Origin: Psilocybe cubensis
Taxonomy: Eukaryota
Reading direction: 5' to 3'
Length of the DNA stretch: 64,000 nucleotides
Assembly: GCA_017499595.2 (NCBI GenBank)
Contig: CM039009.1
Location: 2,232,001 to 2,296,000 of the forward strand
Below the pieces are notes generated by a model, which was not told the origin of the DNA, made no database searches, and saw nothing but the letters and a program-made list of their open reading frames with translations. This document shows positions 28,671 to 40,886 of the stretch, piece by piece. A program made the translations under genes and the position numbers. How positions within the stretch are numbered: the first letter of the stretch is position 1; each line of letters opens with the position of its first letter.

Positions 28671-29625
28671 ATCGGACGCGTAGCAGGGTCTTCACTGAGA
28701 GTAGTCGTCATCGTTGAGCGTTTCCTGAGAGGCGTCAGACCCGGATGACTCTGTCGTTGGTTGTCAAGATTCCCAGGACCGTGATTCCGGTTGATGGTTA
28801 TGTGGTGGCCGAGGTTGACCGAACATTATGCCGAAATTGGCAATTTCGGCCGTTGGTGGCCAATAGAATTTCACATCCCCCAAGTCTGTGGCCTGCCACC
28901 AACGTTGACAAGGCCTAAAGCAAAACGAAGCTTGCCTCTCTGGCAATACCCTTTTAACAAAGAAAACACAATTTTCCAGCACCAAAAATGCCCCAATTTG
29001 TGCTCACCTATCGTACGATATCCATGAAAAGTTCGTCTTATCGCGGCTTGTGCCAAGATAGGCCGAAATTCTTGGTTTCTGGTTTGACAGTTAATGTTAA
29101 GCGCTCGAAAACCCTCCTCGAAATTCTTGGGTAAGTCCACCACACTAGCAATATTGTTTGACTAATCACATTTTAGTAGATTAGCACTCTTTGAACACGA
29201 CATCATCATGATGCAAATAACAAAATGCCGTTCCTTTTTTGCCCTTGAGGCTTAAACGTTAAACGTTAAACCTTCATAGGTTTACGACACCAAGATGTGC
29301 GGCGCCAAACCGAGCTTCTTATGAATCACGAGGCACAGTCTCATCGCATCTTTGTTCCTATTTCGACCCGCCTTCGACCACGCCTTCGAAAGAATCAACC
29401 TGGTCCAGCATGGCGGTTTGGTTCGAATGAATGTGGCCGAGTTTATTGTCGCGGCGAAACAGCTGCAACTACCGCGTGGATGAACAGACGCACACTGTAC
29501 TTTGCGAATCTCGAAGCATCATCCGATACTCTTTAGGACCTCCCATGGCAACAAGAATGAAGAAAACCCTTTAAAACCTCCCCGCGAACTCCTTGATTTC
29601 GGATACTTGTCTTACCAGCTTCGTC

Positions 29626-32455
29626 ATGTTCAAAAATCTTCGTCGAAACAACTCTGTTAGCGGTCGAAAGCGAGCCCTTTCATCGCTTCCTACACCTTTG
29701 GAGGCAAGCGTGGCTATAGGGAACAGCGACTATGCACTTAAATGCCACAGGATAATGGAACTCTACTGGTCAATACGCGACCTTGGGTGCGTTACAACTT
29801 CCTGTTCTCCACGCCTTTCCTTGTTTTGAATTGGCTTGGTAACTCAATACAGGGTTCAAGCAGTGTTCGATGTTCCAAGAGTTGTCGTTATCGGTGGCCA
29901 GTCCAGTAAGTATTTAAAGGCTACCCACCGTCATTTACTCATCTTATCGACACAAAGGCGGCAAAAGCTCCCTGGTTGAAGCCGTCAGCGGAGTAAGCAT
30001 TATGCTGGGTTGAGTTTACTGGCGGACGTAACTAACACAATCATAGATAACCGTGCCTCGCGATAGTGGTACATGTACACGGTAAGAGCGAAAGCGACAG
30101 CTATTTCACTCTCTTACGTAGCTATTAGGTGCCCCATGGACTGTTCCATGTCCAGCGACGCAAGTTCCTGGTCCTGTACCCTCAGTTTGTCCCGTGAATT
30201 TGACAAAGAAGGAAACCGCCTGTCAATGCCCAGGATCGAACCATTTGGGCCGGTCATCGAGGACAAGGCATTACTAGAGTTGTGGATTCGTCGTGCACAG
30301 AGTGCCAATCTTAGCCCCCATAGGCCTATGTCGGATTTCTACTCTATGACAGAGATCGAGTTGAAAAACAACGATGATCCAGAAATCCTTCCTTTCTCCA
30401 AGAATGCAATTCATATCAGATTAAAGGATCCGAATGCCACCGACCTTACGTTCGTCGATATGCCAGGTAGGTTTGGATATCAGTAACCCCGAATTTCGCG
30501 CTTTGACATTGAAGATCCTTTTCCTATTAGGGTTGATACAAAATGCCGATGAAGCAATCATAGCACTCGTTCGAAATCTGGTGGAAAACTACATCGCAAT
30601 GCCAAACACCCTCATCGTTGTTGCGATGCCGATGACTGGTAGTGTTCTAAATTTTGTACCTGGGGGTTGAGTTTCATTTGTCTTTTCCAGACGACATCGA
30701 AAACATGCAAGCTTTGGCTCTTGCTAAAGATCCAAAGGTAGATCCGTATAAACAGAGGACAATTGGTACGTCCATTACCATCGTTCAAACATATTACTTT
30801 GATTTATCCCAGTTCGGTTCCTAGGCGTCCTTACCAAACCTGATACCCTTGGGGATGGGTCTCGGGGCCGTCGAGATGCATGGAGAAAGCTCTTGTACCC
30901 TCAGCAAGATGAAGAGAGGGTGGACAAGCATGGCTACTATTGTGTTCGCCTACTCCACGACGACGAGCGATCTCGCGCAGTGAGCAAATTCGAGGCCGAA
31001 CGCATATCCGCCCAATTTTTCGAAACAGTTGAGCCTTGGTGCTCCATCGCCGACAGAAGCCGCTTCGGTATCCCTAATTTTGTGAAAAGCATCAGCAAGC
31101 TTCTCATTGAGCTCATCGAGAAAAAGTTTGATTCTATCATATTCATGCCACTGGTATCCCGCTGACGTTCTTTGCTCTCAGTCTCCCAAGCTTGCAGAAT
31201 GCGGTCAACAATGAACTTTCGAACGTCCAGTCTGAATTGCGCAATCTACCTCGACTTTCAACGAACGACCCCACGACCGACGTTATGGTCTGCATCCACA
31301 ACTTTTGCAAGGCCATTACCAGCGACGAGGAACCAGGGGTGCATCAACTCAAGCTTATTCAAGACAACAGATACCGATATTTCACGTTTAAACACGACAT
31401 TGAAATGACTTCCCCAAACTTCTATCCCTTTGAAAACGTTCATCCTATTTCATCTCGCCTCAATGTCCAGTCTCAGTGTGAGCCTCGTGCTCTAGCTGAC
31501 GTACGGGAGGTTATCAAGAAGTATACATCGCTCTTTGCGCTGCATTAGGTTTACTGCTAGTTCTAATAATGTGTATTTCTTAGATCGATTGCCTGGGAAC
31601 TTCCTGGGAACATTCCATACAAGGCGACGCAAACCCTGACATTGCAGTACACGTCCCTTTGGAAGCAACCGTCCCTTCTCTGTTTTGATGACATAGTCGA
31701 CAATACGCGCGATTTCATCAATGTGCTACTGCAAGAAAACTTCGGAAGATACAAAGAGCTGGAAAGATATATGAGGTATGAATCCATTCTTGAAGGTCTT
31801 GTTTGGCTTGTTCTAAGCAGTCAAAACAGAGGATTTGTCTTTTCAGAGTACGAGGCCCATGTTCAGAAGACACGTCGCATCCTGGAAAGATACATAGAGC
31901 ACGAGAGCACCCCGATGTACACTCTCAACGATAGTTATACGAAAGAGAAGGCTACATGGGTGTCTAAGTACAAGAGCATGTGTGCTGGGTTCAATTCGTA
32001 TCCATCTCCCGCCTATATCAATGCGGGCTCGTGGGACCCCCTACATATCCTCTACCATTTCCCGCCTCCTGCACCGACCAACCGGCCAGCGGCTTCGACA
32101 TGGGACGACGAGATAAATCTTATTTCTGGAGTGCAGGCATACTTTCAAATCGCCCACAAAGTGCGTCAACGCAAATTGCGTGTGATTAGAACTGACAGCA
32201 CCCTTTCTCAAGCGATTCATTGACTACATCCCCCTTACTATCGAGCATGAGCTGAACCAACGCTTTGCAACCTCCATACATCAGACAGTCTTGAATGCCT
32301 TTGTAAAGAAGGTGCAATCTGGCGAGGTGGATCTGCAAGATCTTGTGAAAGAGGATCCCGTAGTCGAAAGGAAGAGGAAGGATTTGGAGGACAGAAAGGC
32401 GCGCTTGACGCAGATCAAGCACAAGATAGACTGCTTCTTTTCTGGTGGCAAGTAA
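29626..32455 (+). CDS. Dynamin-superfamily GTPase (Mx-like, lineage-expanded type) with middle and GED domains
   Basis: G1 VVVIGGQS/SGKSSLVEAVSG, G2 PRDSGTCTRCP, G3 DLTFVDMPG, G4 GVLTKPD, HGYYCVRL; GED VQAYFQIAHK/RFIDYIPLTIEH...EDPVVERKR. Confidence 0.92.
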
Positions 32456-33029
32456 AGGCCTTGGTTGTGCATAGATTGCATGAAATGGATAGCGTTGGTC
32501 GTAGAAGACGCATGTAATATGATGACATATTATGATTTAGAAAATCAAATTCGTGCGGTGATTAAGTATCAACTATTCAACTTCCTTTGGAGGTATTTCA
32601 TACAGCTAATGTTCAGAGATATATGTGTGCCAGTGAGAATACAAAGAATGAAGCTGGAAGCGCTGACGGGTTCTTAGCTAAATTGCACTAATGATTGGGT
32701 GAAAGTGTTGGGTTATGAGTAATTGTCAACTCGAGAAGGCTTGGCCTTATACAGAACACTGCCTACTCTGCCAGTACCTGGGGATATGGATAGATGTTCT
32801 AACGAGTGTTCCTTTTATAATTTACTTGCATTCGTTAGATTGAGTAGAGAGTGCCACTATATGTGACCATTTAAGTAACACTGACTAAAGTGATGTTTAT
32901 TTTAGTTGCGAGCGGAACTTTAAACTTATCCAATCCAAACCACCTCCCCCTCTGGTAAACAGCTTGATCCCCGGTTTTTATTTCAAGGCCACTATCTAGG
33001 AGACGAGATATACACCGCATATCTTACCA

Positions 33030-34229
33030 ATGGAATTGTTTCCATGGAGTGAATTTGTGAGTGTGACCATTGTGGCCCCCTAGATGCTTTCTTACGACAA
33101 ATGGCCAGGTTCCCTCTTCGGTAGATTCAAGCGCGACACCCAATTGCAATACCGCAGCTCATGCCCCAGTGCATGTCGAGAACTCGCAAAGCCCAACAGC
33201 TAACACAGAAGAAATTACTCTCCCCTTGTCGGAGGATCGGTCGATGGTCGCGGAGTCCACTCCATACGAGCTTGCAACTTGGATTGCACCAATTCTTATC
33301 AGCTGCATGAACAAACCAGAACAGACCAATCCAATCAACGCATGGGACTCCACCGACACTGAAGCAAATGTCATTGGTCCTAGTGTACCTGCAAGCTCAA
33401 CTGGCCAGACGTAAGTAGGGCTGTGCTTTTTCTGATGGTGACAGAGAACTCACTGGCAATACCTTTAGTGCGACACAAATTCTCCCTCCAGTCCCGCAAA
33501 GCCCAACAGCTAACACAGAGGAAATTGCTCTCCCCTTGTCGGAGGATCGGTCGATGGTCGCGGAGTCCACTCCATATGAGCTTGCAACTTGGATTGCACC
33601 AATTCTTATCAGCTGCATGAACAAACCAGAACAGACCAATCCAATCAACGCATGGGACTCCACCGACACTGAAGCAAATGTCATTGGTCCTAGTGTACCT
33701 TCAAGCTCAACTGGCCAGACGTAAGTAGGGTTGTAATTTTTCTGATGGTGACAGAGAACTCACTGGCAATACCTTTAGTGCGACACAAATTCTCCCTCCA
33801 GTCCACATTCCTACTGGACAGCTTGAATTACCTTCTCAGGTCGGCCGCTCTCGACAGGGAAACGAAAAGAAACGCGCCGAAATGGCACATCCATATATTA
33901 TGGGAGAAAATGTGCCCGAAACCAACAAGAGGGCTACCAGTAGGAAGCCCAAAACAAACGAGGACTTGAATACCATGTCCGGGCCTGTTACCTGCTGCGC
34001 AGGATCTACATGTTCCGAAATATTTACAGACCTGAAGAAATTTGGTGCCCATCTTAAAAATGCGCACCATGTTTCGCCAGGCCATATTGGTACAGGGTTG
34101 AAAGGTTGTCCATGGCGAGGGTGTACTGAATTCCTGACAGTCAGCAGCCTAATTAAACACATATTTAATAAGCATGCGAAGGCATTGGTTATTTCAGCAA
34201 AAGCAGGTCTCGGTTCAAACAAGATGTAA
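33030..34229 (+). CDS. C2H2 zinc-finger protein, paralog A (4 exons, one duplicated exon)
   Basis: Exon 1 MELFPWSEF, then VPSSVDSS...GQT / ATQILPPV...GQT / ATQILPPVHIPTGQLEL...MAHPYIMGEN...CCAGSTCSEIF..FGAHLKNAH...CPWRGCTEFL..LIKHIFNKH. The frame is kept if the GTAAGT...TTTAG introns are spliced. Confidence 0.75.
33185..33804. repeat. Tandem duplication, ~310-bp unit (exon + intron)
   Basis: cgcaaagcccaacagctaacacag at 33185 and 33495; the two units are nearly identical through the gtaagtaggg intron. Confidence 0.92.
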
Positions 34230-35717
34230 ATGTAATTTAGCAAAATGTATTCAACAATATATGTATATTTCTTTATTTCTCGGTATGATGGTCAACGTGT
34301 ACAATATGAGCTTTATGACAGGTTGATTTTGCCTTTCCTCATGCTTTCTTCCGTGACAATATACGCAGATATTGTTGAGAGTCCGATGTGGCATGACGTC
34401 ACGTTTTGACGCGTCGTCGTTCTTGATACGCGACGGTAGACGCGTCCTGACTTCCCCCATTTTTTGCAACATTAATAAGCGCCCTAAACGCGAGCTATAT
34501 TTCGACAAGGCCATCAAGACGGAGATTAAATATGAATTTTCACTGTCTATCATTTTTATTTCAATTTAACTTCGCGTCAAGGTATTAACCACATTTGGCC
34601 GATTTCAAAGTCACAAATTGTCACAATAACAGGTTAGGGGTGAAGTAAAAATGTCGTTCCATACCGGTTGATGATTTTCTCCTCCTTCCTCCTTTTCAGT
34701 CTCTAAAAGCATGGCCCGACGTTCAGGCTTCATATCCATTATATTCCATTTAAATCCTCAACAGGTTTCCATTCAGTCCAGCACTGGGTGCCAGCGTCAT
34801 CGGTTTATTGTACCTTCCTTAATGACGGATAGATGGACGTAGTTCGTATTGCTTTAACTCGTGTTCAAACATACCTTGTATGGGGGAGATAGTTAATGAA
34901 CCGTTGGAGAGAAATTGCCGTCTCTTCAAATTAAATGTATATTATACTGGACGATCTACAAATATAATTCATTTTGGTTTCTCATGCGCAAGCGGCTAGA
35001 CAATCTATGAAACAATGACTGTATGGTGTGATCCACGAGCCTGCAATGAAATGCACTGGAGATACTTGCTAAGCCGCTTCAATTAGCAACAAAATTTTTG
35101 AGCATTTAATTCACGGAAAAACGCCGTTCACGCAAAATGACGTTACAAGATAGTCCACATTCTCTGTGATGTCTGGATTACCACAGAACAACCAAAATAT
35201 CAATATCAAGAATCTTTCTGACTAGTAACTAGCGGAAACGGAATGGAGACCTTGAGAAAGTGGAAAACCTGTCTAGCAGAGGTTCTCTCCTTTGAAGAAT
35301 GGCATCTAGTCTAGATACGCGGCGGAAAGGAATATAGCTACCTGCCTGTCAACGACAAAAACAAAAATACACGCCAAAGTAAAACGTGTGTAAAACGATG
35401 CACTTAGGGTCGAGATTCAATCACGCAGCATTGTGGTGATTGCTTTCGCATACTTGTTCCGCTCTGCCTGTTAACTCTCGATTGATGGAGACCGCCCAAT
35501 GGTTAGAAACTTGATGAGAATTTGGGTTCCTATGGATCCACAAAGGAAGGAAAATCAGGCTAAATGAAGAAATTGGACGTGGCCAAAACTTACAGTTACA
35601 GAGAGGTAAAAAAGTGGGAGATGCGCAGCATTGGCTGGAAAAAAACATGAGGGATGGGGGTTAGAAAGAGTGTTTCAAGCGACTAATGATCAGTATCGAG
35701 ACATGCATATAATCATC

Positions 35718-35786
35718 CCGCATTGCAAAGTTCAAATTGTAATGCAAGCAATGATAAGGTCACTCTTTCAATCCGGGTATGAGCCA
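35718..35786 (+). pseudogene. 5'-truncated tRNA-Thr(TGT) copy (intron + 3' half only)
   Basis: ccgcattgcaaagttcaaattgtaatgcaagcaatgataaggtcactctttcaatccgggtatgagcca matches the intron and 3' exon of the tRNA at 45577-45681, with a B-box change (GTTC>TTTC) and no 5' exon. Confidence 0.85.
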
Positions 35787-36396
35787 TTCCTTTTGCTGTT
35801 TTGTGCAGCTGTTGCCTCACGATACAAGGCAGAAGCTGGGCTTCTAGCTTCTAGAGGTCCAATTTTGCGCTCCAACGTAAAGTCGAAATGAAGTTCAGAA
35901 TACTCCTGTTAACCCCAGATTACCAGAGATCAAGGAACGATTGTCAACACAGCAGAAGATTGTTGATTCAATTAACCACCTTAAAAGGAGACGATAACTT
36001 GCGAGGGAATCCGGGGTACTGCCAAAAAAAATCAGACAAAACACAAGGAATGCACTTTGTACAAGGCACAAGGCCAACAGTCGAAGCGACGTGAAAAAAA
36101 AAGGAATTTGTATGGCAGACGGTCGAGAGATTGCAGGGATCCATCGAGAACAACTGCCTAGCTTTCGTGTTTTTGTTTTACACCATTCATTCCTATTTGT
36201 CTGTTTGCCTTGTCGTGAGGTCAGCATGTGAAGAATGCGAAGAACCATCAGGTCCAGGGGCAAGTCAGGCAAAAAAGAAATGGATGCTGCAGATACAAGA
36301 CAAACAGAAAGTTGGACGCCCAATGATACAACGTAAATGGAGAGTCAGTAGCGTCACGAATTAAAGGTAAAGGCAGGGTGGTAATCATGCTTCGTT

Positions 36397-37068
36397 TCAT
36401 GACTGATCTGCTTCCTTTTTTACCCAGTCTTCATATTCGTAAATGACACCGTGCTTCAACAGTGCGATGGATGGAGATTTCGGCGTGATGTCATGGATGG
36501 CGAGACGCTCATATATGAATTTGGGTATAGAGGTTGGAGTAGGCACGGCGGCCTTTGTGTAACCTAAAGCCATCATAAAGAGCTCATTCAGACAAGATGT
36601 AACACGGTCGTAAACACTGCCTTTGTATCAAATGAGGGTGGAGAAGAAGAAAGGTCGAAAAACCATTCAAGTATGTGTAATTCTAGGAGATGAATGTACA
36701 TATACTCACCGAATTACCAGGCATGGAGGCGAGCGAGGTGCCAGGTACCAAGAATATCACCCAAAGGAGTCGAACCAACGTGAATACGTGTGTGGTGCAC
36801 ATATATCGGTCAAACCGTCCAATTTTCTTCACGAACTGGCATGTTTAGTCAGTACTAACGTCTGACGTGTAGGAAACAGGGACGTACCTTTAAACGGAAC
36901 AAGAACGCCTACATTCACGTCTTCAAAAATCCCTCCGCCTTCGTGTGTTGAAGAATTGTTGAAGAAAAGGCGCATCTATGCACTTTTCGTGGCGGTTTGC
37001 AATTCCAGCCGAAGTGATACGACATTCGAAGAGGATTCAAGTGTGACTGCGTGGATGAAAGAAATCAT
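36397..37068 (-). pseudogene. Mirror copy of the cryptic spliced ORF at 43636-44307
   Basis: Inverted copy of the right-arm sequence. Confidence 0.4.
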
Positions 37069-37795
37069 ACAATGAGACCCTTTAACCATGAGATATCAGA
37101 GGTTGGGCGAATACGGAGCGAGAAAAAAGCATACCGCCCATCCTTTCGTTCGTTCTCAAGCTCCAAAGCTGCTGACACGTACAACTTCTGTGCTGAATAA
37201 AAACCTGTAGAGGTTCTAAAGGAATCTGCTGGATAGGACGCTCAAAGAGCGTTGTGCCCATGGTTTTTGAAGCAGCATGTCGCAGAAAAGGCTGGAAAGC
37301 GTTGGAACAGGAGGAGGGGGAGAAAAAAGTAGCAACCGGTGTGGAACGACATTTTTTACGTTTCAGGCTTCGCTAACCTGTTGTCTTGTGACGACCTGTG
37401 ACTTTTCAAATCGGCCAAATGTGGTTGGTAACCTTGACACGAATTTAAATGGACATAAAAAATGATAGACAGCGAAATTGATATTTAATCTCCGTCTTGA
37501 TGGCCTCAGCTTGTCAAAATATCGCTCGCTTTTCGGGCGCTTAATCAAGTTGCATTCACATTGGGGATTTGAGGACGCGTCCACCGTCATGTGCTCAGAC
37601 TGGCGACGCGTCGTGACGTGACTCGAAGCCACATCACAGTCAGACGTCCGAAATCTTTGCAGGAATTGAAGAAGAAAGCTGGAAAAAGGCGAAATCTGTT
37701 GTGAAGCTCAGGAAGTTTCGGTCATCAATCCAAGCAATAAAAGAAAATTCATATATTGATAAATATAACAATCCTGTCAAATTAAATAATTACAT

Positions 37796-39244
37796 TCACT
37801 CTTTCGGCAGCATTTTTCCGTGTGCTCGAATTATATGCCGCCAGAGACTATTGACTTTCAGATGTTTATCGCATCCTTCCCAAGGACATTCCTTAACCTC
37901 ATTACCACTCCTTCCCCTCTTAACATCGTGGTAATTAGCAACATGGTTTCCGAGGTGAGCTTGACTGATCAAAGGCTCGTTGCATTTTACACCACTTTCT
38001 ACACAAGTGCAAAAAAGTATTGCATCATGTGTTCCGCTGAAAAGTTGGTGTTGTTGTTGCTGTTGTTTTTTACCCCTTCGTTTTTTCGGACGCGCAGTGT
38101 CGTCTACGGTTGATGTAGGTGGGTCATTTGATATCATTGCATTGTTGGACATCATGGACCCTTCGAACCCGTTGTTTATGCCCACCTGCGCGGGCCATTG
38201 CTGTGATGCTGCGGGCTGGGATTGGTGTTCCAGCCTGTATGGAATCGTCAATGCTGAACTTGACGCCACAGGCGTCATGTCAGCTTCTCTGGGTATATTC
38301 CCAGACATTCCTGCATTCCATTGAGACGGCCAGTCAATATCGTCCGGGAAGGGTCCCAGTGGGTTAATAGGTACTCTGTAACGTTCAGAGTTGGCTTGAT
38401 GAATAGGACCATCCTGAAATGTAGAACGCGATGGCATAGCGACACGTTCAATGTCCCTGGGGACATGTGCAAAAGGTATATTTGTGGGAGTCGAAGTGGA
38501 TGCTAGAGGGAAATTCTGTGGCCCGCTAGACGTATTGATTGTGTACCCTGACCGGCCAGTTGAACGACTGGACGATTCCCAGCCACTCATATCGGTTGAA
38601 TATTGAAGGGAAGGAGGAAATTGTAGATGCCTTGGCTGAACGTCCATGGAGACTTGTACAGGTGTTGAACCATTTAAATGTGCAGGTTCTTGCGCGTAAG
38701 AGTAAGATTCAGGAAATGCGTCGAATGCCTTCTTGTTTGTGGCGTGTTTCTTTTCCTTGCCCTGTCGAGCGCGGCCGACCTGAGAAGATAATTCAAGCTG
38801 TCCAGTAGGAATGTGGACTGGAGGGAAATCTTGTGTCGCACTAAAGGTATCGACATTGAATGTTGCGTCACAAGACTGGTCGGATGAGCTTTCAGGTGTA
38901 CTAGGACAATCTAATCCTAAAAGAGCAGCTGCATCCTGAAACACAGTATCAACCTGGGGCGAGAAGTACCACTGATCGTCCAAGGAGAGACCAATTCTCT
39001 CCTCTTCCTCCTCCTCACATAGCGATGGGCTGGAAGTTGAATCTAAAAAGTTCAAATCTGTGTTTGCTGTTGTGTTTGCCAAATCATATAGGCTTAGTTG
39101 TTGAAAAGAATTGCCGATATTGTGACTTGGTGACACGCTTGAATCTGTTAAAGGGATAACCTGGCCATTTCAACTCGTCAGAATGCATCTAGGGTCCACA
39201 ACAATAACCACACTCACATTCTCGCTCCATGAAGGCAGATCCAT
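37796..39244 (-). CDS. C2H2 zinc-finger protein, paralog B (left arm; ~463 aa)
   Basis: Exon 1 MDLPSWSEN (ATG 39244), 57-nt intron, then a long exon ending in CTCVESGVKC..HLGNHVANYH and CPWEGCDKHL..LWRHIIRAH; NLS-like PKKRRGKK. Confidence 0.8.
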
Positions 39245-40886
39245 TGTGTTATGTTGTGTGTAACTTTCTTCTAGCTAAAGTCCTAGAAACAAAAACAGAC
39301 GATCCAGATTAAACTATGAGCACGCGCCTTGAAATGCAGCAGGCCAAGGCCACTGCAATCAACTAAAATCACTTACCCAAAATATACGCGTTTACACGCC
39401 CTAATCCCCTCTCCCCTATTCCTATACTGCTACTAGTCTGTGTCCCGACAAGCGACACGCGTGAATTACTAGATGGGAGTGTTTAGGCGATCTGAATCTT
39501 TGGGGTCGGGCAAGCTGGTGATGGTACTCACATCGAAAAGACGAATTTGTCGACGGGGAAGTACCAAACAGATATAAGAAATTCTTCGACTGCTTAGACG
39601 AAGAAATCGAGGGAACTGGGCTGTCGAAGCTGTTGACCGGAGGGGGGAGGTGGTTAGGATACGTTTAAAGTTCCGCTCGCGGCTCAAGTTAAGTGTTACT
39701 TTACTGAGTGTTACTTACATGGTCACATATAGGTGACACTCTGAATCCAATGAATGCAAATAAATTATAAACGGAACACTCATTCGACCATTTATCGATA
39801 TATCCAGCTCCATGCAGAGTATCAAGTGATATGTACAAGTACCAGTACGCTTGACTGTGCAGCCACTAAAAGCACGGCACTCTACTCCAGCCTTTAGTCG
39901 GTTGAAAGGACCACCACCATAATTGTAGCTTCCTTAATAATGGGCGGCTGGATGTAGTCATATGAAGCTACTTTAACTCGTGCTCAATGTATATCTGCTC
40001 AAATCCAATGTAAATTATACCCTCGTCTTTTGGACAATCTAAAAATGTAATTCATTTTTTTCCTCGTGTGCAAGCGGTTAGACAATCCAAGAAACAATGA
40101 CTGTACGGTGTGATCCATGAGCCTGCAATAAAATACACTAGGGATAGCCGATAGTGTAGTAAATGTAATACTGAGATATGTATATGTGCAAACATGCGCT
40201 GAAGGCATCCAAACTGATTGCTCGATGGGCCGACTAAAGGTTGGAGTAGAGTGCCGTGCTTTTAGTGGCTGCACAGTCAAGCGTACTGGTACTTGTACAT
40301 ATCACTTGATACTCTGCATGGAGCTGGATATATCGATAAATGGTCGAATGAGTGTTCCGTTTATAATTTATTTGCATTCATTGGATTCAGAGTGTCACCT
40401 ATATGTGACCATGTAAGTAACACTCAGTAAAGTAACACTTAACTTGAGCCGCGAGCGGAACTTTAAACGTATCCTAACCACCTCCCCCCTCCGGTCAACA
40501 GCTTCGACAGCCCAGTTCCCTCGATTTCTTCGTCTAAGCAGTCGAAGAATTTCTTATATCTGTTTGGTACTTCCCCGTCGACAAATTCGTCTTTTCGATG
40601 TGAGTACCATCACCAGCTTGCCCGACCCCAAAGATTCAGATCGCCTAAACACTCCCATCTAGTAATTCACGCGTGTCGCTTGTCGGGACACAGACTAGTA
40701 GCAGTATAGGAATAGGGGAGAGGGGATTAGGGCGTGTAAACGCGTATATTTTGGGTAAGTGATTTTAGTTGATTGCAGTGGCCTTGGCCTGCTGCATTTC
40801 AAGGCGCGTGCTCATAGTTTAATCTGGATCGTCTGTTTTTGTTTCTAGGACTTTAGCTAGAAGAAAGTTACACACAACATAACACA

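Larger units (their letters stand above)
36208..39901. repeat. Left arm of large inverted repeat (near-identical core; diverged similarity extends out to ~35718)
   Basis: Reverse complement of 40230-44496 apart from a 573-bp indel; the ORF track shows mirrored identical peptides (36623..36865/43839..44081, 39469..39687/40444..40662). Confidence 0.97.
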
